Below, one piece after another: positions 12,203-24,596 of a stretch of DNA of 64,000 bases. A program made the translations under genes and the position numbers. Positions within the stretch are counted from its first letter, which is position 1; each line of letters begins with the position of its first letter. This stretch comes from Lobosporangium transversale. Its lineage: Eukaryota. The notes under the pieces were generated by a model. That model was not told the DNA's origin. It saw only the letters and a list, made by a program, of their open reading frames with translations, and ran no database searches. The stretch lies in contig NW_019028994.1 of assembly GCF_002105155.1 (NCBI RefSeq), positions 496,001 through 560,000 on the forward strand, in the 5' to 3' direction.

Positions 12203-12594
12203 TTTGCTTAACAAAAAATAGTTTTAACGCAAGAGAAGGGAAATCTCTTCCCACTCTGTCACATTGGCTTAGCTCACCCGTAAATTTTTTTTTTTTAAAT
12301 CAGGCCCCTTAAAGCACACATTGTCACAATGATTTTTACCCTTCAATTTTTGTGTGCAACACAACATTGATGATGATCCATTCAATTTGATAATTGATAA
12401 TGTCAACAAAATTTTATGTAGATACTTTTTTTAATTGACAAAAATGATATATGCTACAATGTCGTAATGCAGTGTTGATGAATATGAGGGATATACTAAA
12501 GGATTGGGGTAACGAAAGAAGTTGACGGTTTTGTAATGGTATCGTTAACAAAAATAATAAAATGAAGGAAAGGAAAGGATACAAAAAAAAAAAA

Positions 12595-14423
12595 TTAAGG
12601 AGAACCAGACGCAGTACTCGAATAATCAGGAGGAAGATGAGGTAACGGTTCCTCTGGAGGCATGGAGACATAAGGCGGTGGCCCCTGACTTCGGAGTCTA
12701 CTCAAGATTGGCTGCAAGATACCAGATCGGCTTACTCCTCCTCCTGCTCGTTCAGTCATTACTGGAGTAGGCGTCAATGCTGCTGTTGTTGTTGTCGTGG
12801 TAGTGGTGGTGGTAGCAGTGTTTGTGTCTGGAGAAGGAGAAAGGGAGGGAGAAGAAGGTGGTGGAGCGGCAAAGGAGAGGATAGGGACAAGCATAGTGTG
12901 ATCTGATACAGACGCTGACATGGGTGTTGATAAGGCAGAATGAGAATAAGAACCGGAGGGGCTTGAAGATCGAGAATCAATAATAGGGGGCAGAAGCGTT
13001 GATGAGGACATTGTTTGTGAACGACGTCCAGAAGAACGGGTATTGTTACTGCCTCTGCCCGTAAGACCTGCTGCTGTTCGAAGGATGGACATGTGTCTAC
13101 CACCATTGAGCCTAAATACTGGTGACGGCGCACTGATGACAGATCTAGACCTAAACCTTGGTCTAGACACGTTACTGTCTAGGTCGTTGTTACTGTTACT
13201 GTTGTTTCCACTGTTATTGTTGCTGTCGACCATACCAGCCTGTTCGACATAGTTTTGATCTGTCACGTGGTGGGAATTGGGCAAAATTGTCAATCGAGGG
13301 GTGATATCAATAGTTGAGGATGAGGATGAGGATGAGGATGAGGATGAGGATAAGGACGAGGATAAGGATGAGGACAAGGGCGAGGTGGGGGAGCATGTGG
13401 TGATGGTGGTGGTAGTGGTAGTGGTAGTGATGGTGTGAAGAATAGGCCTATTACCAGCGGCATTATCAACGGCGGTAGGAATCGTAGGGACTGCAGTGGC
13501 ATTAGCAGGTCCATTTGTGTCAGTGAGAAGACCCGTTCGTGAAGATGTGGAACCGGATGCAGTATGACCACGGAGTTGTTGCTGTTGCAGTGGATGGTGA
13601 CAACGAGGGATGTAATAGACATGGTCCGGATAAACCACAGCCATGTCTGCCTCAACAAGAGGCTGATCTAAACTGTAGGCGCGGTATTGCGGAGGAGGAC
13701 AGACTAAATAAACAAAAAAAAAAAAAAGTTCTTGTGTAAGCGTTTTGTTATTTTCCGCGCAAGTGCCATTGTTATTTGTCATGGTGATGTCAATTTAACA
13801 TTTGGACATTTGGAGGGTAAAAAAAGTTGAGAGCAATTACGACAAAGTGTGGAAAATAAAAAAAAGGACGCAGGTACATCAATAGTAGCAAAAGGGAGAA
13901 GAGAACTCTCGAAAAGAATACTGATAAGGAAAATCTTTTTTTTCTTAGTCTTACCATCGTCATCCTCGGGACGGTAGGTGGAAGTATATTGAGTACCGCC
14001 CATACCATTGGATGTACCTGCACCTAATTCTGCATCTCGATCTTCTCTTTCGAGTCTACGACGACGACGATCTCTTCGAATCAAATGGGTGATGTAAAAG
14101 ACTGCAATCACAAACCCCAAGACTGCAATCGCATAGAACACTGTTTGTACAGAGACACCGGTATCGCTGTTGTAGGGTGGCTGTCTGGCTGAGCCGGTAG
14201 AGCCTGGTCTGAAGGGATATGTTGGGGTAACGGTGTTGTTCCAACTGGGGTAGCCATTAGCAGGTGGTGTTGGTAGTAAAAGTCTTGTTGAAGTTGGCCT
14301 TGGTGTTGCTGTATCTGTTGAAGGGATTATTGATGAGGATTCTGATGAAACATTGGGTGTGCGTGTTGCTATGGCTATTGGGCCCGAGTCGATAGTTGTT
14401 ACAGGAACAGCGTGGCTGGACAT
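12595..14423 (-). CDS. Single-pass membrane protein with PY-type motifs (candidate Rsp5/NEDD4 adaptor); exons 14423-13955, 13703-12595
   Basis: TM segment VFYAIAVLGFVIAVFYI followed by poly-Arg. A GTAAG donor and TTTAG acceptor join ...DDV-CPPPQYRAY; the C-terminus has PPPY and LPPDY. Confidence 0.7.
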
Positions 14424-15220
14424 GGTGATAGGGTTATTCTAGTATTATTATTTTATATACAGTTTACAATTTACAATGGTTCCAAATGGAGAGTGAAAAG
14501 AAATAATAATAATAATAAAATAAAATAAAATAAAAAAAAGTCCGCCATGCGGTGTTCTAGAGTCTGAACGTGTTGATCAGCAAGAGGGAAGAGGATAGGA
14601 CAAGTTCAAAGATGAGAGGATTGTGAGGAAGTGGAAGTGGAAGAAAGAGTAAAAGTGAAGAGTGAAGAGTGAAGAGTGAAAGATAAGAGGAAAGGAGAGT
14701 GAAAAGGGAAAAAGTAAATAAAAAGTAAATAAAAAGGATAAAAAGGGAACAAAAGAAAAGACTGTGCTTTTGCTGATCAATCAACCCATAAAAAAAATAA
14801 AAAATAAAAAATAAAAAATAAAAAAAAAAGAAAACAAAAAAGTGAACGGACCAAGAAGGAAGAAAAAAAAAGAAAAAAAAAAAAATGAGACAGGGACAGA
14901 TCTTTATGGAAAGTACGCATTTGCATTTGTTTGTTTGTTTGCAAATGTGCGTATCGATGTTCGATATTTAAACAATGCCAACACACATCCTATGCAAGGA
15001 AGACGTGTTGTTTGTGTCATCCTTTCTTTTTTTTTCTTTTTCTTTTTCTTCCTTCCTTCCTTTTCTTTTCTTTCCTTCCCTTTCCTTTCTTTTCCTTCTT
15101 TTATTCTTCCCAGCCCATTTATCAAGGCGGAATAATAAAACACACCTTATTTCTGTCCCTGCTATTCATGGAGGGATCTGAGAGAGTGTGGAGGCATTGA
15201 CGTCCGTGCAGGGTCCCTTT

Positions 15221-15320
15221 TTTATTTTTATTTTTATTTTTATTTTTATTTTTATTTTTATTTTTATTTTTATTTTTATTTTTATTTTTATTTTTATTTT
15301 TATTTTTATTTTTATTTTTA

Positions 15321-15350
<30 letters not shown>
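15221..15350. repeat. (TTTTTA)n hexanucleotide microsatellite
   Basis: Directly visible tandem array. Confidence 0.95.
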
Positions 15351-15351
<1 letters not shown>

Positions 15352-16491
15352 CTTATTTTAATTCGATGTCTCATTTTATTTTACTTTTTTATTTTTAAAC
15401 CCCTGCCTGAATTAGTACAGCACGTACATGGCACATCACCGCCACTTGCAATCAGAAACAAACGGCAAATCGGAACCCTATCCTTCGGACCTTCCTATCA
15501 ATCGGACAAGGCGAGGCTTTATTTGTAAAGACAACTAGCTGTGCAGCTTAAAGATGATTTCTCCGTGTCATCTAAAATAAATAGCATGACGACTCAGCAA
15601 AGCCCTCCTTCTTTATACTTCTTCATATAAGAGATAGATATGCATATACGTAGGCAAAGGGCGCGCGGGGGACGCGGTCCTGTCATGATATTTATAATTC
15701 TTTTGCTCAGTTTCGGATCATGGTAGATATAAATATATACAAATACACCATACACAGCCATTTGGAATACGAATCTTCTACTTTTTCCTGTTCATTCACC
15801 TTCATAGCCCTTCCTTTTCCACCTAAATATACCCCCTATTCAGTAGTCATCATCATATTCTGTATCTTCTTCTAAATATTAACCAGCTCAGTCCCTAACC
15901 AGCTCTTCATTAATCACAGACACTTTGTCCATTAAACAAGAAAAAAATAGAAGCTTTTATTTTATTAATTCTACAATAGTTGGGGAAAGGTATTTTGATA
16001 AAACTAACAACCTATTGCTTGAAAGGTGAATCAATATTCGAACCCGCAAAGAGAATTGTAATCCAAATGACTATTGATCGAAAAGAAAAAAAAAAAAAAA
16101 AAAAAAAAAAAACTTCTGAATGTCCCTGATGGTCAATCATCTGCGCGATGCCGCCTCCTAAAGCAATACCCAAGGCCATTTCCATCCGATCGAAACGACT
16201 CTTTTATTTCATTTTATTTTTCATTATAAATGGTGGTGGAATGCTGATACACTTGACCTGTTGTCCCAAAAGTAATCAGGACACACATGTCACACCATGA
16301 TTCACATAAAACTATGTATTCGTATCGAAAAAACGCATTGGTTGATGCTCGTTTAATATTGAAGAGTAAATTATAGTCGTCCCTCTTGGGCATATTGACT
16401 GCATCTCCTGCTTATTCAAAAATTACACAAGCATGCCTTCGGTTATAACCTTTATTCACAATAATACACATCCTGCTTTTTTTTTATCTTC

Positions 16492-19400
16492 TCAATCGCA
16501 AGGTCCACATGAAATGACATGTGCAAAACCACATTCATTACACATGCTGTATTTGAACTGGTAGTCTTTGATCGACCTACTTGGTGCTGCTGTTGTAGTC
16601 AACCGCATTCTTTCTCTCAAACCCACTGCATCTGAGGCTCTCTCTACTGGATCTTGATGATTCACCTGACTGGAAAAAACCTTGGACTCGGATGTCATTA
16701 ATGGTGTGACTACAGCTTGCTTAGATACCTCCTCTATGACCAATGGAAGGGAGTGCTCGCCTATAGCTCCTCGTTGCACCAAGAGCTTACTGTTGACTTC
16801 ACTCAATCCAACCACATCTTGAATACACATGTTGCGAGCATTGAGAATCGTTTGGTTGGTGCTCCATTTCAGGCGATACTTATATTGATTGTTCTTCTGT
16901 ACAATCTGCCACATCCGAATAGTACCATCTTCACATCCTGTGATCAGAAAGTAGTCTTCTTCGAAGGTATTCCATGCAAACGCCTCAACATCTTCACCTT
17001 CAGGTAGGATTTCAACTAAACAATGACCTGTCTCTGGATCCCATACTCGCACTGTCTTATCATAACTACGTGAGGCAATATACTTCCCATCAGGCGAATA
17101 AGATACCTCCTTTATCCAATGGGTATGTCCTTCAAGCGTATGCAGTTCTGCTCCCGATTCCAAATCGATCACTGTGATTTTATCTTTTTCATCCCCTGAA
17201 ATGTAAGCCATCTCTCGATAACATGGTGAAAATACTGCACATTGCCCACTCTCCGTTATGTAACAGCGTTCACCTGTTTCTGCGTTCAGTAATTGCAGAG
17301 GTCCATTAAATTTGTAGTAGAACACGATCTTACGATTGTCAGGCGAGTATCCAATAAAAGGGCTACATCCTTCAGATTCTACTTCATACTGAAGGCTCCA
17401 CGATTCGATAGACAAGACCATGAGAACGCCACTTGATTTACACAAAGCGATCTGGCGGCCATTGGGCGAGAATGCTACATATTCAAAGTATTCATCGTTG
17501 CTCTGCTGAGTATGGGTGAGTTCTCCTGTTTGTGTATCCCATATGGTTACATCTCCAGATCCATGAACACAGGCAATTTGGTCCCCAATAGGTGAGAAGG
17601 CAAAGCCGTTGCAGATCTCATCGCCTTGTTCGCCTTGGAGCTCCAAATAATGGACGGCTTGGCCTGTTTGAGTATCCCAAAGGTAGACCCATGGGGAATG
17701 AAAACGGCGAGAAGCAAGCAACAGACCATCAGCTGAATACATGATATCGGATACATATCCATCGCTCTGTAAAACATGAATGGACTGCCCTGTCCATGCA
17801 TCCCACATACGCACTGTCTGATCACCATTGCTTGAAGCTATCTGCTTTCCATCTGGTGAGACTCTAATGCCATGGATCGGCCCCAAATTACCATATAAGA
17901 CATGACTAGATTGCTGTGAGCGTGCATCCCACAGGCATATTGTATCAGATCTGCTAAAGGATGCAATCTGATGGCTGTTTGGTGAGTATGCCACCCGATA
18001 TATCGCAGCGCGGCCATAAAAGGTATTAATGAGTTGCCCTGATCTCGTGTCCCAAACCCATACTGTGCGGTCGTCACTGCAAGCGGCTATTTGCTCCCCA
18101 TTTGGTGAATACTTTAGGTCGGTGATATGAGTTAATCCTTCAAAGATATGGATAAGTTTCCCTGTTTGCGTATCCCACTGATATACTTTCTGCTCGGTGA
18201 ATGAAGCAGCGAATCTCCCTTTAGGTGAATACTGAATGCCTTTCACATAGCCAACATGCGTCAAGACCATTCTTTTTTGACCAAATGCAACATCCCACAC
18301 ATGCAGGAAAAAAGTATCGTAACAGCCATACACGATTTCCTGACCATTAGGTGAATACACAATTTTCCAAACATCAGACTCATGATCTTCGAGTAGTAAC
18401 ATCTGCTGTCCTGATGCCGCATCCCACACTCGTAATGTTCCATCAAAGCTACCAGCTGCAACTTGCTTCCCGTCTGGTGAATATGCCAAACTCGACACAA
18501 CATCGGTATGGCCCTCTAATCTGTGTATGAGTACGCCTGAATAGGTGTCCCACACTCGCACTGACCCATCTTTACCTGCTGAAGCAAGGTGATCTCCGCT
18601 TGGCGAGTATACTACACATCTAATTTCCTGTTCATGGTCTATCAACTTGTAAATCAATGCTCCTGACGTCGTATCCCAAACCAAAACAATATCACCATAA
18701 TAACGCCAGGAGGCGATATATCGGCTGTCGGGTGAGTATATCAAATCATTGCAGAGCTCATCCACCTCCAGAGTCCAAAGCTTCTCCCATGTTGATGTGT
18801 CATACACCGTAATAAAACTTTGTGATTCATCTCTGATAGCTGCAGATAATGTCTTCCCATCAGGTGAATATGACCCTCTTGGTCCCTCGCCATTGACTTT
18901 AAGGTGCGGCCATTCTCCAAACTGTATCCCTGCCATCTTTGCTCCACTTAGGTCTGCTCCGCGAAGCCAACAGTTCTGTAATTTAGCTTTCCTCAGATCT
19001 GCTCCTTGAAGTTGGGCATACTCAAAAAGACCGCGACTGAGATCTGCTCCTGGAATCTGGATACCTCGCAAGTCTGCTTCGTTGAATGACTCGCCTGCTC
19101 GAATCAAGATTGTCATCGCATTGGCTGCTGCTATCCGCCACTTGCTATCACTCTTCGAGAGCTCCACATACATGTGCAGCTGCTGTCTGAATCTTTCTTC
19201 AAGTTGCACGCGATCCTCTAGGAACTGAAGGATAGATGGTTCATCCACAAAGCTCCTCCATACTAAAGGTGACATCTCATCAACTTTGATTGCATCAATT
19301 CCTTGTTCATCTTCCTTGATGTCTATGCCTTCAAAGCTAAACACTGAACCGATGCTCTGTCGACGAGAAGTTGAAGTTGCCGCCTTAGTTTCCTCACCCT

Positions 19401-22400
19401 TTACGGAAGCATTCGTTCCTAGCTGTGGCTCAAAGATCGCTCGTACCAGGCTGTACTCCAGGATAGATCGATGAATGAACCGATGCTGACTGCCTGTACG
19501 GTTCAACGGTGATGCCTCGCGTAATAGGTCCCTTCCATCCTCTTTGTCAAAATGTCTTTCTTTCCATGTACCCTTGTCATTGTATGGTGAGTACTCCACC
19601 ACTGGATTGCCATCTTGATGTTTATAGATCGCTACAGCTAGCTCTGTAAGATACTTGATCCCATGCTGTGCAAAGCCCCCATCCAACAGCTTGTGGAACA
19701 TCCTTCTGTCTTCTGGCCTTAGTGTCTCGCCTAGTCGCTTCTTGCCTCGTTCGAGCCATTGTTCAACAAACTGATCATACAGTATGACACGTTTGATCTT
19801 GGTGTTGGAGATGTCTTGATCTGGATCCACCATCCGTGGTAGTACTTGCAGTGACATCGATAGCATGAATGGGTTCTTCACAAGGTCTTGTAGGCTAGGG
19901 ACCATCTGGAGTGCTCGTTGGTAGTCCTCCACTTGCCACATTGGGTCCATAGTATCGACATATTGTTCGATATAATCATCGATCTGAGCCTCAGAGAATG
20001 GCACAATCACAGCTTCTTGAAACAATACAACATCTACTTGGTAATTACGGCTCATAGGTTGGAATCGGTCTCGATAGTCCAATCCAAGATACTCACTGCG
20101 ACAGCTGATCACCATCTGAGCCTTCCATTCTCCAGGCTGGTTCAACCGGTTGGCTACATACAAGTTATTGGTCTGCATGCTCTCGTCATATCCATCACAG
20201 ATCAGGATGAATGACCGGCTCATCTTCAGTTCTTTGATCTGTGGGTCTGTAAAGCCATAGTCTCGCAACTGCTTTGTAACCAGCTGCTTTTCTGGCTTGT
20301 CGATGGCTGGAAGGTTAATAAACAGTGGAATCCGGCCATGTCCCTTCTGGTATGCATCCCAGAGTGTGCGCTCCAGTGTGCGGTTGAATGTAGACTTGCC
20401 TGCTCCTGAATCTCCTTGGACAAGTAACACTTTCTGGTCACTATTCAGGAAGTGGTTCACCTTGTCCATCAGCAAGAACACCTCGTCATCGCTCGCTTGA
20501 GGACTTGCTTTTGCATATTGTGGGATGTAGAACCCTTGATCATTTCCAACTTCAATCCGCTGTCTTTTTAGTTGGCGTAGACTGTCCTCGACATCAGGCC
20601 TCTTTTGCGCACGGTCAAGCAAATGAGAAGGTGTCGATGGAGTGAGTGTGACAATGAAGGAGTGTTGGATCACTGGCTCTTGGAGGTACTTTCTATATAG
20701 TTCTTGCTTCTTGATGTCCCCATCCACCTCAAGGTCATTCAAGAGACCAGTAGTGACTGAATATAAAAGTGGAATGAAAGATGTGTATGGAATAAATGAA
20801 TTAATCACCATATACAGGATGCTACCAACTCCTTCATCAGCCATATTTGCAGAAATAGAAGAAGTACATACCCTGTAGAACATTCGGTGATAATGAGGAT
20901 ATCCTTCTAAGGATGCATATGATCCATTGCTTGATATGTGCATGGTTGCTCCATTCTTGGTCATTCCTGTAGATCTCTCCTAGGAGTGTAATGGCATCTT
21001 GTCGAGTATCCATGGCCCACTTTGTATCAGACGCAATCTGTCCTAGTCTCTGACATAGACCCCATTGGAATGCTGCATCATTTCGACAAGGTACTTCACA
21101 TACAAGAGTCTTGAACTTGATAAACTCGTCTGTCTGGAGTAGTGCATCCGCTCCACGAAGTGCTGGATACCATGCTGACTTTCGACTAAAGCTGAGCCCT
21201 TCTTCCATGCATTGTTTGAACATTGCTCCGCTTTCATACAGCGAGGCTGTACCCTCACACACTTGCAGGCCCATATCAAAGGCTTCTGTTGCAGAAGGGA
21301 GCCCTTTCTGGATATTGCTTATCTCATCCATAAAGCCATTTAGATCCAAGCCTTTGGCCGCACTCACAACTCCAAACACTCCTCGGAGTACTGCTGATGT
21401 CCGCCGAAGCATGGCTTGCATTGTTGATTCGTCGTCTGGAATATACAGCAGAGCTTGGAAGGCATAAGCTGCTTGATAGACTAGCTGTGGATCTGTGCTA
21501 TCTCTCAAGCCTTTGAGGTATGCTGCAAGTGGTTCATGGAGTTGTTCTCGCTTCAGACCCTTGACTTGGCTGTTGACCATGGCATCAAGCACATGTGAGA
21601 CTGTAGCAGACAAGCGATAGAGATGTTCGGTAGATTGAGTATGTGTGCCTTGCAAGCGGGAACTGAGAGTGTTGAGAATTGAGACAAGATCATCCGAGTC
21701 GAGATATTCAGGAGGGGCATGTTGCATCAACTGAGCCAATCCTTCCAGCAAATGAGCCTCCAACATGATATTTTGACTAATTCCATTGACTAAAGCCATG
21801 AGTAGTGTCCTGAACTGATTCTGATTGAGCACTGGAGCGAGAGATACAGCCTCAGTGACAATTGCCTCGGTCTTGGTGTCATTGCTGATGAACATTTCAA
21901 TCACATCTGATACCAGTTTGCACAATCGCTCATGCTCATCTTGATCGTTCGATATGGCTTTGCGCCACTCTTTCTCGTGGTCATTAAGATCATTTGTGGG
22001 GATGGAAGCGGTAGAGAGTAGACGAAGACAATACACAAGCTGATGGATGTCATTTAGGTAAACTCCAGGTTCTGGTAAGGTGTGTCTGATGACAACTGGA
22101 GCCTCATTGTGATTGAATATGTCCTTTGCAATTGTTGCAATTCTCTGTTCTGGTATCGTTTCAACGATTTTATTCGACCTACTGCAACTGGTTGCATTGA
22201 TTTCTTGTTCGGTGCTGTTATTGCTGTTATTGCTGCTGCTGTTATTGTTTCCTTGGATGTATCCCCATTTCTCTGCTTTCTTGTCACGTCTTCGAGCATC
22301 ATCTGAGTGTCCCAGTTGTTCGAATAAGCGAGCAAGCTCATTGTAGGCTGTGCCAATGCCTTGATGTAATCCCATGTCTCCATTCGAAGCTGAAGAAGCT

Positions 22401-22597
22401 GCAGACATTGAGGCGAGGGACTTTCGTGTAGGCCTCTGAATTCGAGACAGTACAGAGTCTGCATCAAGACATAGCTCCATCACTATGTCGCTATCGTCGT
22501 CTAGAGTGCGAGTACCCTTCATATAGAAATCGAAGAGTCTCAAAGCCTGTGTTGGCGAGAGTGCACTTCGTGATGGGGTTTTTGTCGAGCCAAACAT
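16492..22597 (-). CDS. NLR-like protein, copy 2: helical/Arm-like N-terminus, NACHT, pentapeptide repeats, WD40; exons 22597-20872, 20756-16492; about 1996 aa
   Basis: The 586-aa and 1490-aa ORFs are joined by a 115-nt GTATGT..TTCAG intron (LQ-V-TTGLL in frame). Walker A GDSGAGKS and Walker B ILICDGYDE are present. Confidence 0.92.
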
Positions 22598-23269
22598 TGG
22601 ATTATTGCTTTCCTTTCTACCTTTGGATTAGATTATATCCAGATTCGTGAAAGAAGAATGGTTTATAAAGGGCTGGTGAGCGGAGGTAGCATTTTTTGTG
22701 GGTTTCAAGCATGTTTGCAGGCAACTTACAGATATGATTCAAAGAAATGAACTTGAGCTGCTGCAATGAGATTGTGATGTTGATGGAAGAAGAAAGTATG
22801 CATGCATGCAATGCTACAAGGCGGAAGAGGCGCTTTTCAAGAGTGTCTCTTTTGTGTTGCACAATTGGATTTTGGACCTGCGCTGAGTCCAGTTCCCTTT
22901 TCAAGTTGATTGACCATTTCTTACTGCGGATTAACCTTTCTTAATTGTGATGGTTAAAGAACAGATTCAGAGTTGCTTTTGGCACGTTAATGAAGAGGTT
23001 CATAAGGTCATTCTTGAGTACCATTAACAGCTCTGCTCAATTTCCTCCCATGTGTAGGAATTGTTAATGCTCTTCAGTAACATTTACTTGAATCAGTCAT
23101 ACCCCTCATTCTAATGATTATTCCTTCATTCTCCTCTCAATGGCATGCTGCACATGCTTTTTGTAATTAAAAATAAAAAAAAGAAAGATAAAGGACTATG
23201 CTAATCAGCGATTCAGTCCGAATCAATTCCTGTCTGTTATTGGGAGAGCATATTCAAGTACACATGTGC

Positions 23270-23835
23270 CTAGGGAGAAGACCTAAAAGGATCAAGATCG
23301 GTGATGTTCTTGTTAATTCATACTTTGGTGGCTCTGAATTCCTACTTGTCATTGGTAAGGTGGTAAGGAGTCAAAAAGAAGAAGGAAAAATCCGTATGAA
23401 TACCCCATTGAAAAACTGATCAGTAAGATCAAAGTCAAGCAACTCTGATTGACATTTTTTCCTTTGCTTTGTACCTTACTTCTGATTGTGATAAGGATGT
23501 GGGATTGATACTACACATCCGAACCCAACGACGTCCATCAATCATCTTATTCGATACCATAATAAGATCAGAGGCAAGGATCTGGCACTCCTTTCGCAAG
23601 AAACAGTGTTAGCAGAGGTGTTGATTAAATTTGAACGACTCTACAAACAGTTTTTAGGAAGGAATGGACAAGGAGGTTCCAACAGTTTGAACAGATGTTA
23701 TATAAGCAGTGTTTACATTCGGACGCAAATGTGGTGTTGACGACGTTGAAGCCTTATAAGCGGGTACGGATCCAGGGCATCACTTTGGATTTTGGACACT
23801 TGAGGACAGTGGAGGTGGATGATCAAGGGAACCGT
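23270..23835 (+). pseudogene. Degenerate C-terminal fragment of biotin-protein ligase (BPL1/holocarboxylase synthetase-like)
   Basis: IKIGDVLVNSYFGGSEFLLVIG, an intron at 23355-23495, then GCGIDTTHPNPTTSINHLI..SQETVLAEVLIKFERLYKQF. After a frameshift near 23675 it continues FEQMLYKQCLHSD..VRIQGITLDFGHL. This resembles fungal BPL motifs KIGGILVN / G.G.N..N..PT / WLHS / I.GIT. No N-terminal part is seen. Confidence 0.7.
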
Positions 23836-24596
23836 CTCACAGAAATCATAAAGAGGGAGAAAAAAGACATAGATTATTTAAACCAACCCCAAACCACAAC
23901 AACCCAACATTAGAAGTGGCTGCCATTACACCACATCAACCATTGATGCTTTGAGCGCGAAGTGGGTGAGCCACATGGCCATTAGGAAGGAGGAGAGAGA
24001 GACGATTTTCCTCATAATGCAACGACAATCGCACTTACACCCACACTATTTTTTGCGATAGCCGATAAGTGTTATTCATAAGTCTTTTGCCTGCTCCATC
24101 CTAGAGCCACTAATAAAGGAGGCATCTACTTGCCTTTGACAGCTTCAATGATGTGATTGAAGGCTCAGCACTGACCCGGATTCATATCGTCATATACGCT
24201 TCTTACTCAAACCTCTCATGCTTGTGTATATGATAATGATCTGTATTTATCTCTGAGAAACGAAGCTTTACCCAAGCTATGAGGCATCTCCGCAAAGCCA
24301 GCTAGGCTGGGCTAGGTAAGCTCCGACCCCTTCAGAAGTATGTTCAATTTGCTGGTACGCTTGATCTGTTGTCCCAAAAGCAATCAGAACACACATGTCA
24401 CATCATGATTCACATAAAACTATGTATTCGTATCAGAAAAACGCAATGGTTGATGCTTGTTTAGTATTGAACAGTAAATTATAGTCGTCCCTCTTGGGCA
24501 TATTGATTGCATCTCCTGCTTATTCAAAAAAGACACAAGCATGCCTTCGGTTATAATCTTTATTCACAATAATATACATCCTGTTTTTTTATCTTC

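Noticed and set aside
20757..20964. N-terminus MTKNGATMHIS... of the 1490/1492-aa ORFs as separate overlapping genes
   Set aside because: It is read-through of the intron and an alternative frame of exon 1; splicing joins the two ORFs into one gene. The same holds at 28868-29075.
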